Shown here: positions 10,634-17,988 of the stretch, piece after piece | Position numbering within the stretch: position 1 is the first letter of the stretch | How the letters are laid out: every line of letters starts with the position of its first letter | Assembly (NCBI RefSeq): GCF_000260965.1 | Contig: NC_017856.1 | Location: 2,160,001 to 2,192,000 of the forward strand | DNA length: 32,000 bases | Reading direction: 5' to 3' | Source of the DNA: Methylophaga frappieri | GTDB taxonomy: Bacteria > Pseudomonadota > Gammaproteobacteria > Nitrosococcales > Methylophagaceae | Made by a program: the position numbers and the translations under genes | Notes under the pieces: generated by a model | Seen by the model: the letters and a program-made list of their open reading frames with translations, nothing else | What the model was told of the DNA's origin: nothing | Databases searched by the model: none

Positions 10634-11413
10634 TCACAATCGAATATTACGATTGACTCTTCTTCGCTGGAAATGACGGATTCTACCTGCCAGGAAATCA
10701 GTCAGGGGCTGCCAAAACCTTGCAAGTAGATATATACAGAGAGGCACTGAGTAGAAAAACCACAGTCCCTGAACAGACTTGACATTATAGATTACGAATT
10801 CTAGAGCATCAGCTTTTGTTAGTGGTGATGTTGGATCGGCACTTAAAATTCCAACCAGTCCACCCAGTACCGGAGCGACAGCTTGATAGTACCCACTGAT
10901 GAGCAGGAAAAAAGGTAATAGTGACAGGTACGGTCTGCTGTATTGATTTGGTAACAAAAAGTGTAGAGTACTGAATAAGAGCAGCACAGTCATGATCAGC
11001 ATGCTGGGGGATATCATATAATCCAATGCCCGTCCGCTACTGGTTTCAAAAGTAACGTAAGGCATGACATCAAAGTATTCCATTGAAACCACATGTAGTA
11101 CCAGTAAACCCATGCACAAACAAAGTAGTGGTTTGTTGTCACGTTGCCACCAATAAGTCATTCCGAGAGGAATCAGGCTAATCAGAATCAAAAGCGTCGG
11201 GTAGTTAAAACGTGAGAGTTCATCTGCCAGTTCTAACATGGGGCCGAGTTCCAAAGAGGTGTAGTACAGTGCTATCAAAAACATCAAAGTCACGGGTATT
11301 ATCAAGTAGATAATGAACAGTCTTAGCAGCCCCCCGCAAAGGCGAATGAAAAAAGTCTTATTGAAGCGAAAATCCATTTTCTTTTTATCCTGACTGATAG
11401 TTTTTATAAACAT
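10634..11413 (-). CDS. Hypothetical polytopic inner-membrane protein (about 6-7 TM), no recognised family
   Basis: 259-aa ORF with an ATG start, several long hydrophobic segments and a basic C-terminal tail (HFQRRRVNRNIRL). Sampled 60-nt lines are about 43% GC, lower than the neighbours. Same strand as the flanking dinB and recQ. Confidence 0.6.
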   Translation of the reverse strand: MFIKTISQDKKKMDFRFNKTFFIRLCGGLLRLFIIYLIIPVTLMFLIALYYTSLELGPMLELADELSRFNYPTLLILISLIPLGMTYWWQRDNKPLLCLCMGLLVLHVVSMEYFDVMPYVTFETSSGRALDYMISPSMLIMTVLLLFSTLHFLLPNQYSRPYLSLLPFFLLISGYYQAVAPVLGGLVGILSADPTSPLTKADALEFVIYNVKSVQGLWFFYSVPLCIYLLARFWQPLTDFLAGRIRHFQRRRVNRNIRL

Positions 11414-11469
11414 ACCCTGACTTCTAACGTGAGGGTATAAGAGATTTTCCCTAAGCGTCGGACACTAAA

Positions 11470-12558
11470 TCAAAATGGGTCGCTGAAGGCTAAATCTAGC
11501 TGTGATTGCCGATCTTCTGATTTTCCCGCATCAAACCCACTCAAACTCAAGCCGACTAACCTGACTGGATTTTTGCCTGCTTCAGTCCTTGCCAACAGCA
11601 TCGGAATCACTTCACGTAAATCACCGAGTGCGATGCTGTGATCCAGCGTATGCGCCCGGGTGATCTGCTGAAAGTCCGAGTATTTGACTTTGACCGTCAC
11701 GGTTCTTGCATTTAGCTTCTGTTTAGCAAGACTTTCCAACACGATCTCGGCAAGATCCAGTAATTTGGTCGTTAGTTCGGTAACAGAAGTAATATCCTGT
11801 GCAAAGGTGGTTTCCTTGCCCAAAGATTTACGGGTGCGGCTACTGCGTACCGGCCGTTCATCAATGGCGCGGGCGATATTGAAATAATAATGGCCGGCCT
11901 TGCCGAAACGTTCGGTCAGTTGTGCCAGCGTTTTATTGCGTAAATCCAGGCCGGTTTCTATGCCCAGTTGTTTCATCTTGGCTTCCGTAGCCGGACCGAT
12001 GCCGTGAAACTTGCCGACGGGCAGGGTTTCGACAAACTTTTCCCCCCGTTCCGGGCGAATCACATAAAGGCCGTTGGGTTTATCCATATCGGAAGCAATC
12101 TTGGCCAGAAACTTGTTATAGGAAACGCCGGCCGAGGCAGTGAGGCGGGTTTCTTTCAGGATATCGCGCTTGATTGCCTTGGCGATGAGCGTTGCCGAAC
12201 CATTGTAATCGGCGGTATAGCTGACATCGAGATAGGCTTCGTCCAGCGACAGCGGCTCGACTTCACTGGCATAGCGCCAGAAAATGTCACGTATCTGGCC
12301 GGAGACTTCACGGTAGGCTTCAAAACGCGGTCGCACAAAGATGGCCTGCGGACACAAACGGTAGGCGCGGGCGCAGGGCATGGCCGAGTGAATGCCAAAC
12401 TGTCTGGCTTCATAACTACAGGCGGCGACCACACCACGGCTGTCGGGCTGACCGCCGACGATCAGCGGTTTGCCCTGATACTCGGGATGGTCTCGTTGTT
12501 CTACGGAAGCGAAAAAAGCATCCATATCAACGTGAATGATTTTGTGTTGTTTGGCCAT
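11470..12558 (-). CDS. dinB: DNA polymerase IV (Y-family)
   Basis: MAKQHKIIHVDMDAFFASVEQRDHPEYQGKPLIVGG...SLDEAYLDV...SAGVSYNKFLAKIASD..KPNG, 362 aa. Confidence 0.95.
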   Translation of the reverse strand: MAKQHKIIHVDMDAFFASVEQRDHPEYQGKPLIVGGQPDSRGVVAACSYEARQFGIHSAMPCARAYRLCPQAIFVRPRFEAYREVSGQIRDIFWRYASEVEPLSLDEAYLDVSYTADYNGSATLIAKAIKRDILKETRLTASAGVSYNKFLAKIASDMDKPNGLYVIRPERGEKFVETLPVGKFHGIGPATEAKMKQLGIETGLDLRNKTLAQLTERFGKAGHYYFNIARAIDERPVRSSRTRKSLGKETTFAQDITSVTELTTKLLDLAEIVLESLAKQKLNARTVTVKVKYSDFQQITRAHTLDHSIALGDLREVIPMLLARTEAGKNPVRLVGLSLSGFDAGKSEDRQSQLDLAFSDPF

Positions 12559-12702
12559 GGTATTTTTTTGATGGAGGTCAGCCGTAATAGGACATTGTCA
12601 ATCGACATAAGCCGCACAACAATGTTTATCTGCTATCACACATTGGCAGCATGGTGATGTGAATGGTACTTTAGCCGATTAAACCACGCCCGAGAGACAG
12701 GT

Positions 12703-14253
12703 TTGATTGATCGTATCCGCTCATGGCATGACAGTCTGCGCGCATTATTAACGCCTCAAGTGCTGACAATGCTTTTTTTAGGCATCGCCGCCGGCTTGCC
12801 GCTGCTGTTAATTTTTTCATCGCTGAGCCTATGGTTGAGGGAAGCCGGTATTGAGCGAAGCGCCGTCACCTATTTTAGCTGGGCGGCGTTGGGTTATTCC
12901 TTCAAGTTTGTCTGGGCGCCGTTACTCGATACTTTGCCATTACCGTGGTTGCATCGATTGTTAGGACGGCGACGTAGTTGGTTATTGGTATCACAACTGG
13001 CCATTATTTTAGCGATTATTGGCATGGGCAGTGTTGACCCAGCCAAAGATTCGCTGACATTAATGGCTTTTGCGGCGGTGTTTTTGGGGTTTTCTGCTGC
13101 CACGCAAGATGTGGTGATAGACGCCTATCGGATTGAATCAGCTGAAATTCGCCTTCAAGCATTGATGTCTGCCAGTTATATTGCCGGTTATCGGATTGGT
13201 ATGTTGCTGGCTGGTGCCGGTGCATTGTATCTGGCCAGTTATTTTGGATCGGATATGGGCGCGTATGATTATGCTGCCTGGCAGCAGAGCTATTACTTGA
13301 TGGCGCTGCTGATGCTGATTGGTGTCATCACCACCTTACTCTGCCGTGAACCGCATGCCGATCCGTTAAAAACACCGTGTCGAAAACAGGATTCCCTTGG
13401 CTTGTTGCTGGCCTTTGTGCTGGCGGTATCAGCGTTTATTGGCTGCTTTTATCTGACGCGTGGCTGGGCAGACCAGGTGGGGCCGATGTTAATGCCGGTT
13501 TTGCAAAACGGGCCATTAACCAGTGTTCTGATTGAGTTGTGTCGATTGGTGTTGGCAGCGCTGATTGCTGTGCTGGTGGGGCGGACTTTGATTCGCTTGG
13601 GACTGGTGCGGCAACAGGTTCTGCAGCGCAGTTATGTGGAGCCGGTGGTCGATTTCTTCCGCCGTCATGGGGTTTCTGCCGCCGTATTATTGCTTCTGCT
13701 GGTGGGTTTGTATCGTATTTCAGATATTGTGCTCGGCGTGATTGCCAATGTGTTTTATCAGGATATGGGCTTTACCAAACCGGAAATTGCCACTGTTGTT
13801 AAAACCTTTGGTTTGTTTATGACCATTTTTGGTGGTTTTGTCGGCGGCTTATTGGCAATGCGTTACGGTGTCATGCGGATTTTGATGTTAGGCGCAATTT
13901 TGTCTGCAATGACCAATTTATTATTTATGTTGCTGGCCACCCTGGGGCATGACTTGATGATGCTGTATGTCGTTATCTCGGCAGATAATTTATCTGCAGG
14001 TATTGCCAGTGCCGCGTTTATCGCGTTTTTATCAAGTTTGACCAATATTTCGTTTACAGCGGTTCAATACGCCATCTTCAGTTCATTGATGACCTTGATC
14101 CCAAAAATGCTGGGTGGTTATTCTGGCGGCATGGTTGAGGCGATGGGTTATCCGCAGTTTTTCTTGTTAACCGCCTTGTTAGGGCTGCCCGTTCTGGTGT
14201 TGATCTGGCTGTCCGGGCGTTATTTCAAACTTAGCAATAACGTCCCTGAATAG
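12703..14253 (+). CDS. ampG: AmpG-family muropeptide/anhydromuropeptide MFS permease
   Basis: LGIAAGLPLLLIFSSLSLWLRE...YSFKFVWAPLLD...GRRRSWLL..., collinear with E. coli AmpG, 516 aa. TTG start at 12703; the first in-frame ATG lies inside the first TM segment. Confidence 0.85.
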   Translation: MIDRIRSWHDSLRALLTPQVLTMLFLGIAAGLPLLLIFSSLSLWLREAGIERSAVTYFSWAALGYSFKFVWAPLLDTLPLPWLHRLLGRRRSWLLVSQLAIILAIIGMGSVDPAKDSLTLMAFAAVFLGFSAATQDVVIDAYRIESAEIRLQALMSASYIAGYRIGMLLAGAGALYLASYFGSDMGAYDYAAWQQSYYLMALLMLIGVITTLLCREPHADPLKTPCRKQDSLGLLLAFVLAVSAFIGCFYLTRGWADQVGPMLMPVLQNGPLTSVLIELCRLVLAALIAVLVGRTLIRLGLVRQQVLQRSYVEPVVDFFRRHGVSAAVLLLLLVGLYRISDIVLGVIANVFYQDMGFTKPEIATVVKTFGLFMTIFGGFVGGLLAMRYGVMRILMLGAILSAMTNLLFMLLATLGHDLMMLYVVISADNLSAGIASAAFIAFLSSLTNISFTAVQYAIFSSLMTLIPKMLGGYSGGMVEAMGYPQFFLLTALLGLPVLVLIWLSGRYFKLSNNVPE

Positions 14254-14256
14254 CGT

Positions 14257-15621
14257 CTAATCGGCGTTAATAATGTCATAACAAGGTTGATAGCAGCTGG
14301 CATCCTGACCCAGTTTCATCCGTTTGTCGCGAACAAATTGTCTCAATAAATCATCAATGGCACGCATTAATTCCGGGTCACCATTAATTTGATACGGTCC
14401 ATGCTCAGCAACTTGGCGGATACCAAAGGCTTTAACATTACCGGCAACAATGCCGGAAAAAGCAGCCCGTAATTGTGCAGCCAATTCGTGTTTCGGCATG
14501 TCAGGAAACAGTTTGAGTGCCGCCATGTTTTGATGTGTTGGGATAAAGGGTTGTTGTAACATCGGGTCAATATAAAGCTGCCAATTAAAGTAATAAGCAT
14601 CCTCAGACTGACGACGTGCTTCTTGCACTGAGTCAACCGCTTCACGGCTCCACTTGGCGACTTGTTCCGGCTCGCCGGTGATAATGTGGTACAGATCCGC
14701 AATTTCATCACCAAAACACTTTTTCAAAAACGCATCCAGTGTTGCAAAGTAATCCTGACACGCTGCTGGACCCGCCAAAATCAACGGGATACCTTGTTTG
14801 TTTTCCGGATGTAGCAGAATACTGAGCAGATAAAAAATCTCTTCTACCGTACCGACACCACCCGGGAAAACAATAAAGCTATGCCCCAGTCGGACAAAGG
14901 CTTCCAGCCGTTTTTCAATATCCGGCATGATCACCAGTTCATTGACAATCGCGTTCGGTGATTCGGAAGCGATAATGCCTGGCTCACTGATGCCAATGTA
15001 ACGACCGGTTTTAATTTGCTGTTTGGCATGACCAACTGCGGCGCCTTTCATTGGCCCTTTCATCGCGCCAATACCGCAGCCGGTAATGATATCCAGTCCA
15101 CGCAGGCCCATTTCATAACCTACTTGTTTAGCGTAGTCGTACTCGAGCCGGGAAATAGAATGCCCGCCCCAGCAGACCACCATATTCGGCGGCAAATTTG
15201 GCCGAACCACATTGGCATTACGTAAAATCAAAAACACACTGTCCGTGATTTGTGCTGATGTTTCCGGCTGTTGAGACAGAATTTTAAAATCGGTGTACAC
15301 AATATCGCGCAAAGTTGACGACAGGTGCTCCTGAATGCCTCGGATGATTTTGCCATCGACAAATGAGCGCGCCGGTGCATTAAAAATCTCCAACACAATG
15401 CCGCGGGATTGCAGCACAAACCGCACGTCAAAATCGGCAAAAGTGTTGAAAATTTCTTCAGGATCATCCTGCTGACTATCGGTATTTAAAATAGCCAGTG
15501 CACAGTCGCGAAACAGCTTATGCAAAGCGGCGCTAGGGCTACTTAATTTATGAATTTCATCTTGGGATAACAGATTCAGACTGCGGGCTGGGCGGATCGT
15601 GGTATGCGCTACTTTGTTCAT
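14257..15621 (-). CDS. ppnN: Pyrimidine/purine nucleotide 5'-monophosphate nucleosidase PpnN (LOG-family, YgdH-like)
   Basis: 454 aa, the same length as E. coli PpnN and collinear with it. Shared blocks: NMVVCWGGHSI, TGCGIGAMKGPMKGAAVGHA, VNELVIMPDIEKRLEAFVR, FPGGVGTVEE, AFSGIVAGNVK, PCYDI. Confidence 0.9.
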   Translation of the reverse strand: MNKVAHTTIRPARSLNLLSQDEIHKLSSPSAALHKLFRDCALAILNTDSQQDDPEEIFNTFADFDVRFVLQSRGIVLEIFNAPARSFVDGKIIRGIQEHLSSTLRDIVYTDFKILSQQPETSAQITDSVFLILRNANVVRPNLPPNMVVCWGGHSISRLEYDYAKQVGYEMGLRGLDIITGCGIGAMKGPMKGAAVGHAKQQIKTGRYIGISEPGIIASESPNAIVNELVIMPDIEKRLEAFVRLGHSFIVFPGGVGTVEEIFYLLSILLHPENKQGIPLILAGPAACQDYFATLDAFLKKCFGDEIADLYHIITGEPEQVAKWSREAVDSVQEARRQSEDAYYFNWQLYIDPMLQQPFIPTHQNMAALKLFPDMPKHELAAQLRAAFSGIVAGNVKAFGIRQVAEHGPYQINGDPELMRAIDDLLRQFVRDKRMKLGQDASCYQPCYDIINAD

Positions 15622-15740
15622 GCAGGGCCTTCATTGGTTTTATAAGCTGATACTCCCATTGTTTTGGGTGTCGATCAATCTCTGGCAGAGAAAAATAATC
15701 TCGATGGATTCTTTCAAAGTGAATCTGAGACAAAAAAGGT

Positions 15741-15785
15741 AAACCGGTTCGGTTGCAGTGATATTGCAAACCAACACGGTTTTTT
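15741..15785. other. Long terminator-like hairpin of unassigned function in the divergent ppnN/queH intergenic region
   Basis: AAACCG-GTTCGGTTGCA (15741-15757), loop GTGATAT, TGCAAACCAAC-A-CGGTTT (15765-15782). The stem is about 15 bp with two mismatches and one bulge. An A-run lies to the left and a T-run to the right. Confidence 0.45.
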
Positions 15786-15810
15786 GATCGATAACGTATC
15801 GCGCTATAAT
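15784..15810 (+). promoter_or_regulatory. Candidate sigma70 promoter for queH
   Basis: Perfect TATAAT at 15805-15810, 32 nt upstream of the queH ATG. The best -35 is TTGATC (15784-15789), but with a short 15-nt spacer. Confidence 0.3.
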
Positions 15811-15842
15811 TTCATGGCTACAATCATGCTTAAGGTCACTTG

Positions 15843-16511
15843 ATGGATGAGATAGAGCGCCAGCCTTTACCGTTACCAAAAGGCTTTAACCCTGAAAAGG
15901 ACAAGTTACTGTTGCACTCCTGTTGCGCGCCGTGTTCTGGCGAAGTCATGGAAGCCATTCAAGCAACCGGTATCGACTACACCATTTTCTTTTACAACCC
16001 GAATATTCACCCTGTTAAAGAATATGAAATCCGCAAAGAGGAAAACATTCGCTTTGCCAAGCAGCACGGCGTGCCGTTCATTGATGCCGATTATGACAAA
16101 GACAACTGGTTTGCCCGTGCCAAAGGCATGGAAAACGAACCCGAGCGTGGCGTGCGCTGCACCATGTGTTTTGATATGCGCTTCGAACGCACCGCGCTAT
16201 ATGCCTATGAACATGGCTATTCGCTGATCAGCAGCTCATTGGGTATTTCACGCTGGAAAGACATGCAGCAAATTAATGGTTGTGGTCATCGTGCTGCTGA
16301 GCCTTACCCTGACTTGCGTTATTGGGACTACAACTGGCGTAAACAGGGCGGCTCGCAACGTATGATCGAAATCAGCAAACGCGAGAACTTTTACCAGCAG
16401 GAATATTGCGGCTGCGTTTATTCCCTGCGCGATACCAACCGTCATCGGGTCTCTCAAGGGCGGGATCGAATCAAACTCGGTGAAAAATTTTACGGAGAAG
16501 ATGCTGAATAA
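15843..16511 (+). CDS. queH: Epoxyqueuosine reductase QueH (DUF208 family)
   Basis: [16 protein letters not shown]...[12 protein letters not shown]...CTMCFDMRF...QEYCGC.YS, the Cys pattern typical of QueH. ATG at 15843; the track start at 15840 is the TTG one codon upstream. Confidence 0.85.
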   Translation: MDEIERQPLPLPKGFNPEKDKLLLHSCCAPCSGEVMEAIQATGIDYTIFFYNPNIHPVKEYEIRKEENIRFAKQHGVPFIDADYDKDNWFARAKGMENEPERGVRCTMCFDMRFERTALYAYEHGYSLISSSLGISRWKDMQQINGCGHRAAEPYPDLRYWDYNWRKQGGSQRMIEISKRENFYQQEYCGCVYSLRDTNRHRVSQGRDRIKLGEKFYGEDAE

Positions 16512-16608
16512 AACAAAGCCGCGATTATCGTGGTAATTCAAGCAAGCGCTGGCTAACCCGATGCATAATTGATTCGAAATGTGATTGGCAACAGTGGATA
16601 CAAATTGA

Positions 16609-16806
16609 TTAATCCGCTTCTTCCTCAAAGATGTCTTCAATTTTTAAGCCAAATAACCTTGCGGCTTTGAAGGCCAGCGGCAGGCTGGGATCAAACTTGC
16701 CTTTCTCAATGGCATTAATCGTTTGTCTAGACACGTTTAGCTTTGACGCCAAATCGGCTTGTGTCCAGTTTAATTCGGCACGAAGTACTTTTAATCGATT
16801 TTTCAT
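16609..16806 (-). CDS. Small XRE/Cro-C1 family helix-turn-helix transcriptional regulator (COG1476-like)
   Basis: 65 aa: MKNRLKVLRAELNWTQADLASKLNVSRQTINAIEKGKFDPSLPLAFKAARLFGLKIEDIF. This is the canonical HTH_3 pattern. Its start overlaps the upstream gene stop (ATGA). Confidence 0.85.
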   Translation of the reverse strand: MKNRLKVLRAELNWTQADLASKLNVSRQTINAIEKGKFDPSLPLAFKAARLFGLKIEDIFEEEAD

Positions 16807-17225
16807 CTAAGGCGAAGGAATCCAATCAGATTACCGATCAACATACTTAACCCAGCGAGAGCAGGTAAAAGTGAAATCACCCAGTGATTGATATGAATTA
16901 TTTCTGCCGTATTTAAAATCAAAAGGCCACCTAAAGTCAGCCATAATGTTCCCAGTGCAAAAGCCATCGCTTCCAGTTGTATTTGACGCTGCATTTCATC
17001 AAGTTTACCCAGCCAGCGTTTATGAGCGAGCATCGCGCCAACGCCAAGTAAAATGTTAATGAACAATGCTAAAAGTCCAATAAGCATTTTTTGGGGGAAA
17101 AATAGCAGTATTGCGGCACTGCCCAGTGGTATAGACACCCCCCAAGCCAGGGACCAATAAATAACAGATTTTGAGGCTTTTTTTTCGCTCGAAGCATACG
17201 CGTGCTTTGCTTTTGTCTGAATCAT
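16803..17225 (-). CDS. Hypothetical 4-TM membrane protein co-transcribed with the XRE regulator
   Basis: 140 aa with an ATG start preceded by GAGG. There are four hydrophobic segments, with a charged loop (HKRWLGKLDEMQRQIQ) between TM2 and TM3. The region is very AT-rich (sampled lines 33-42% GC). Confidence 0.65.
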   Translation of the reverse strand: MIQTKAKHAYASSEKKASKSVIYWSLAWGVSIPLGSAAILLFFPQKMLIGLLALFINILLGVGAMLAHKRWLGKLDEMQRQIQLEAMAFALGTLWLTLGGLLILNTAEIIHINHWVISLLPALAGLSMLIGNLIGFLRLR

Positions 17226-17244
17226 GAGTCAACCTCGCTTGATT

Positions 17245-17300
17245 TAATGTAAAGTAAACATTACTTTTTGTTGTGATGGGATGTCAAGTTTTGTTTACAT
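17245..17300 (-). promoter_or_regulatory. Candidate promoter plus palindromic operator of the membrane-protein/XRE operon
   Basis: Read on the minus strand: ATGTAAAC-aaaac-TTGACA-(18 nt)-TAATGT-TTACTTT-ACATTA, then GAGG and the ATG. The -35 TTGACA is plus 17282-17287. The -10-like TAATGT is one arm of a TAATGT-N7-ACATTA palindrome (17245-17263). An inverted ATGTAAA copy lies upstream of the -35 (17294-17300). Confidence 0.5.
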
Positions 17301-17407
17301 TTCCATGTTTGGTCATCGCGGTGAGTCATCAATCCTCAGGCTGAGAATGAGTATTTATCCTAAAGTGGATACCTGAATCAATCAGGCGACAAAATTGAAT
17401 GTACAGA

Positions 17408-17440
17408 TGAAAAAAAGCCCCATTTTACAGGGGCTTATTT
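17408..17440 (-). terminator. Intrinsic terminator of ssb
   Basis: On the minus strand: AAGCCCC-tgtaaaat-GGGGCTT followed by TTTTTTT (plus coordinates 17415-17436, U-tract from the A-run at 17408-17414). Confidence 0.8.
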
Positions 17441-17472
17441 GGTTTTATTTACAAAACTATCGTAGGTGTAAA

Positions 17473-17946
17473 TTAGAACGGAATATCATCATCATAAAAA
17501 TCGTCATTATTACCGCCGTAATCGGGGCCGGCTGTGGCTGAAGCGGGTTGGCCACTTGGCGCGTTATTTTGCGCCGGACGGGGTTGATCATAACTGCTGT
17601 CGCCGCCACTACCGCCTTTGCTATCCAACATGGTCATTTCATTACCAACGATTTCCGTTGTGTAGCGGTCTTGGCCATTCTGATCTTGCCATTTACGGGT
17701 TTGAATACGGCCTTCGATATATACTTGGCTGCCTTTGCGCAGATATTGTTGGGCGATTTCGCCAAGTTTGTTACGCAATACAACGCGATGCCATTCGGTG
17801 CGTTCCTGACGCTCTCCCGATTGTCTGTCACGCCATGATTCGGTTGTGGCAATTCGCAGGTTGCAGATTGAGCCGCCATTTGGAAATGCCCGGCTTTCAG
17901 GATCAACACCGAGTCGGCCGACCAGAATTACTTTATTTACAGACAT
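17473..17946 (-). CDS. ssb: Single-stranded DNA-binding protein
   Basis: [17 protein letters not shown]...TEWHRVV...[14 protein letters not shown], a Gly/Gln/Pro-rich linker and the acidic tip DDDIPF. Confidence 0.95.
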   Translation of the reverse strand: MSVNKVILVGRLGVDPESRAFPNGGSICNLRIATTESWRDRQSGERQERTEWHRVVLRNKLGEIAQQYLRKGSQVYIEGRIQTRKWQDQNGQDRYTTEIVGNEMTMLDSKGGSGGDSSYDQPRPAQNNAPSGQPASATAGPDYGGNNDDFYDDDIPF

Positions 17947-17988
17947 GATGGGTTCCTTTGATCTTAGGTTGCGTCATTTTACGCAGAT

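Noticed and set aside
11968-12657. 229-aa plus-strand ORF
   Set aside because: It lies entirely antisense to dinB, whose homology is unambiguous. The long open frame is an expected by-product of the GC-rich dinB segment, and I see no recognisable motifs.
12559-12702. Expected LexA/SOS box upstream of dinB
   Set aside because: I scanned for CTG-N10-CAG and found no match; the nearest CTG and CAG are 14 nt apart. I do not annotate an SOS box here.
15786-15842. Possible preQ1 riboswitch in front of queH
   Set aside because: The leader downstream of the TATAAT is only about 30 nt. I see no small hairpin followed by the A-rich ...AAAAAACUA-type tail expected for preQ1-I.
16512-16540. Weak hairpin CCGCG-attat-CGTGG after queH, considered as a shared terminator for queH and the XRE operon
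   Set aside because: The stem is only 5 bp including a G-U pair, with no proper U-tract on the plus strand. That is too weak to call a terminator.
16248-16640. 130-aa minus-strand ORF
   Set aside because: It overlaps the queH 3' half in antisense and the XRE gene in another frame. Both neighbours have clear family signatures.
17277-17345. 22-codon plus-strand ORF (MGCQVLFTFPCLVIAVSHQSSG) divergent from the islet operon, considered as a type I toxin-like peptide
   Set aside because: It has no ribosome-binding site, overlaps the predicted promoter and operator, and is very short. Chance occurrence is likely in AT-rich DNA.
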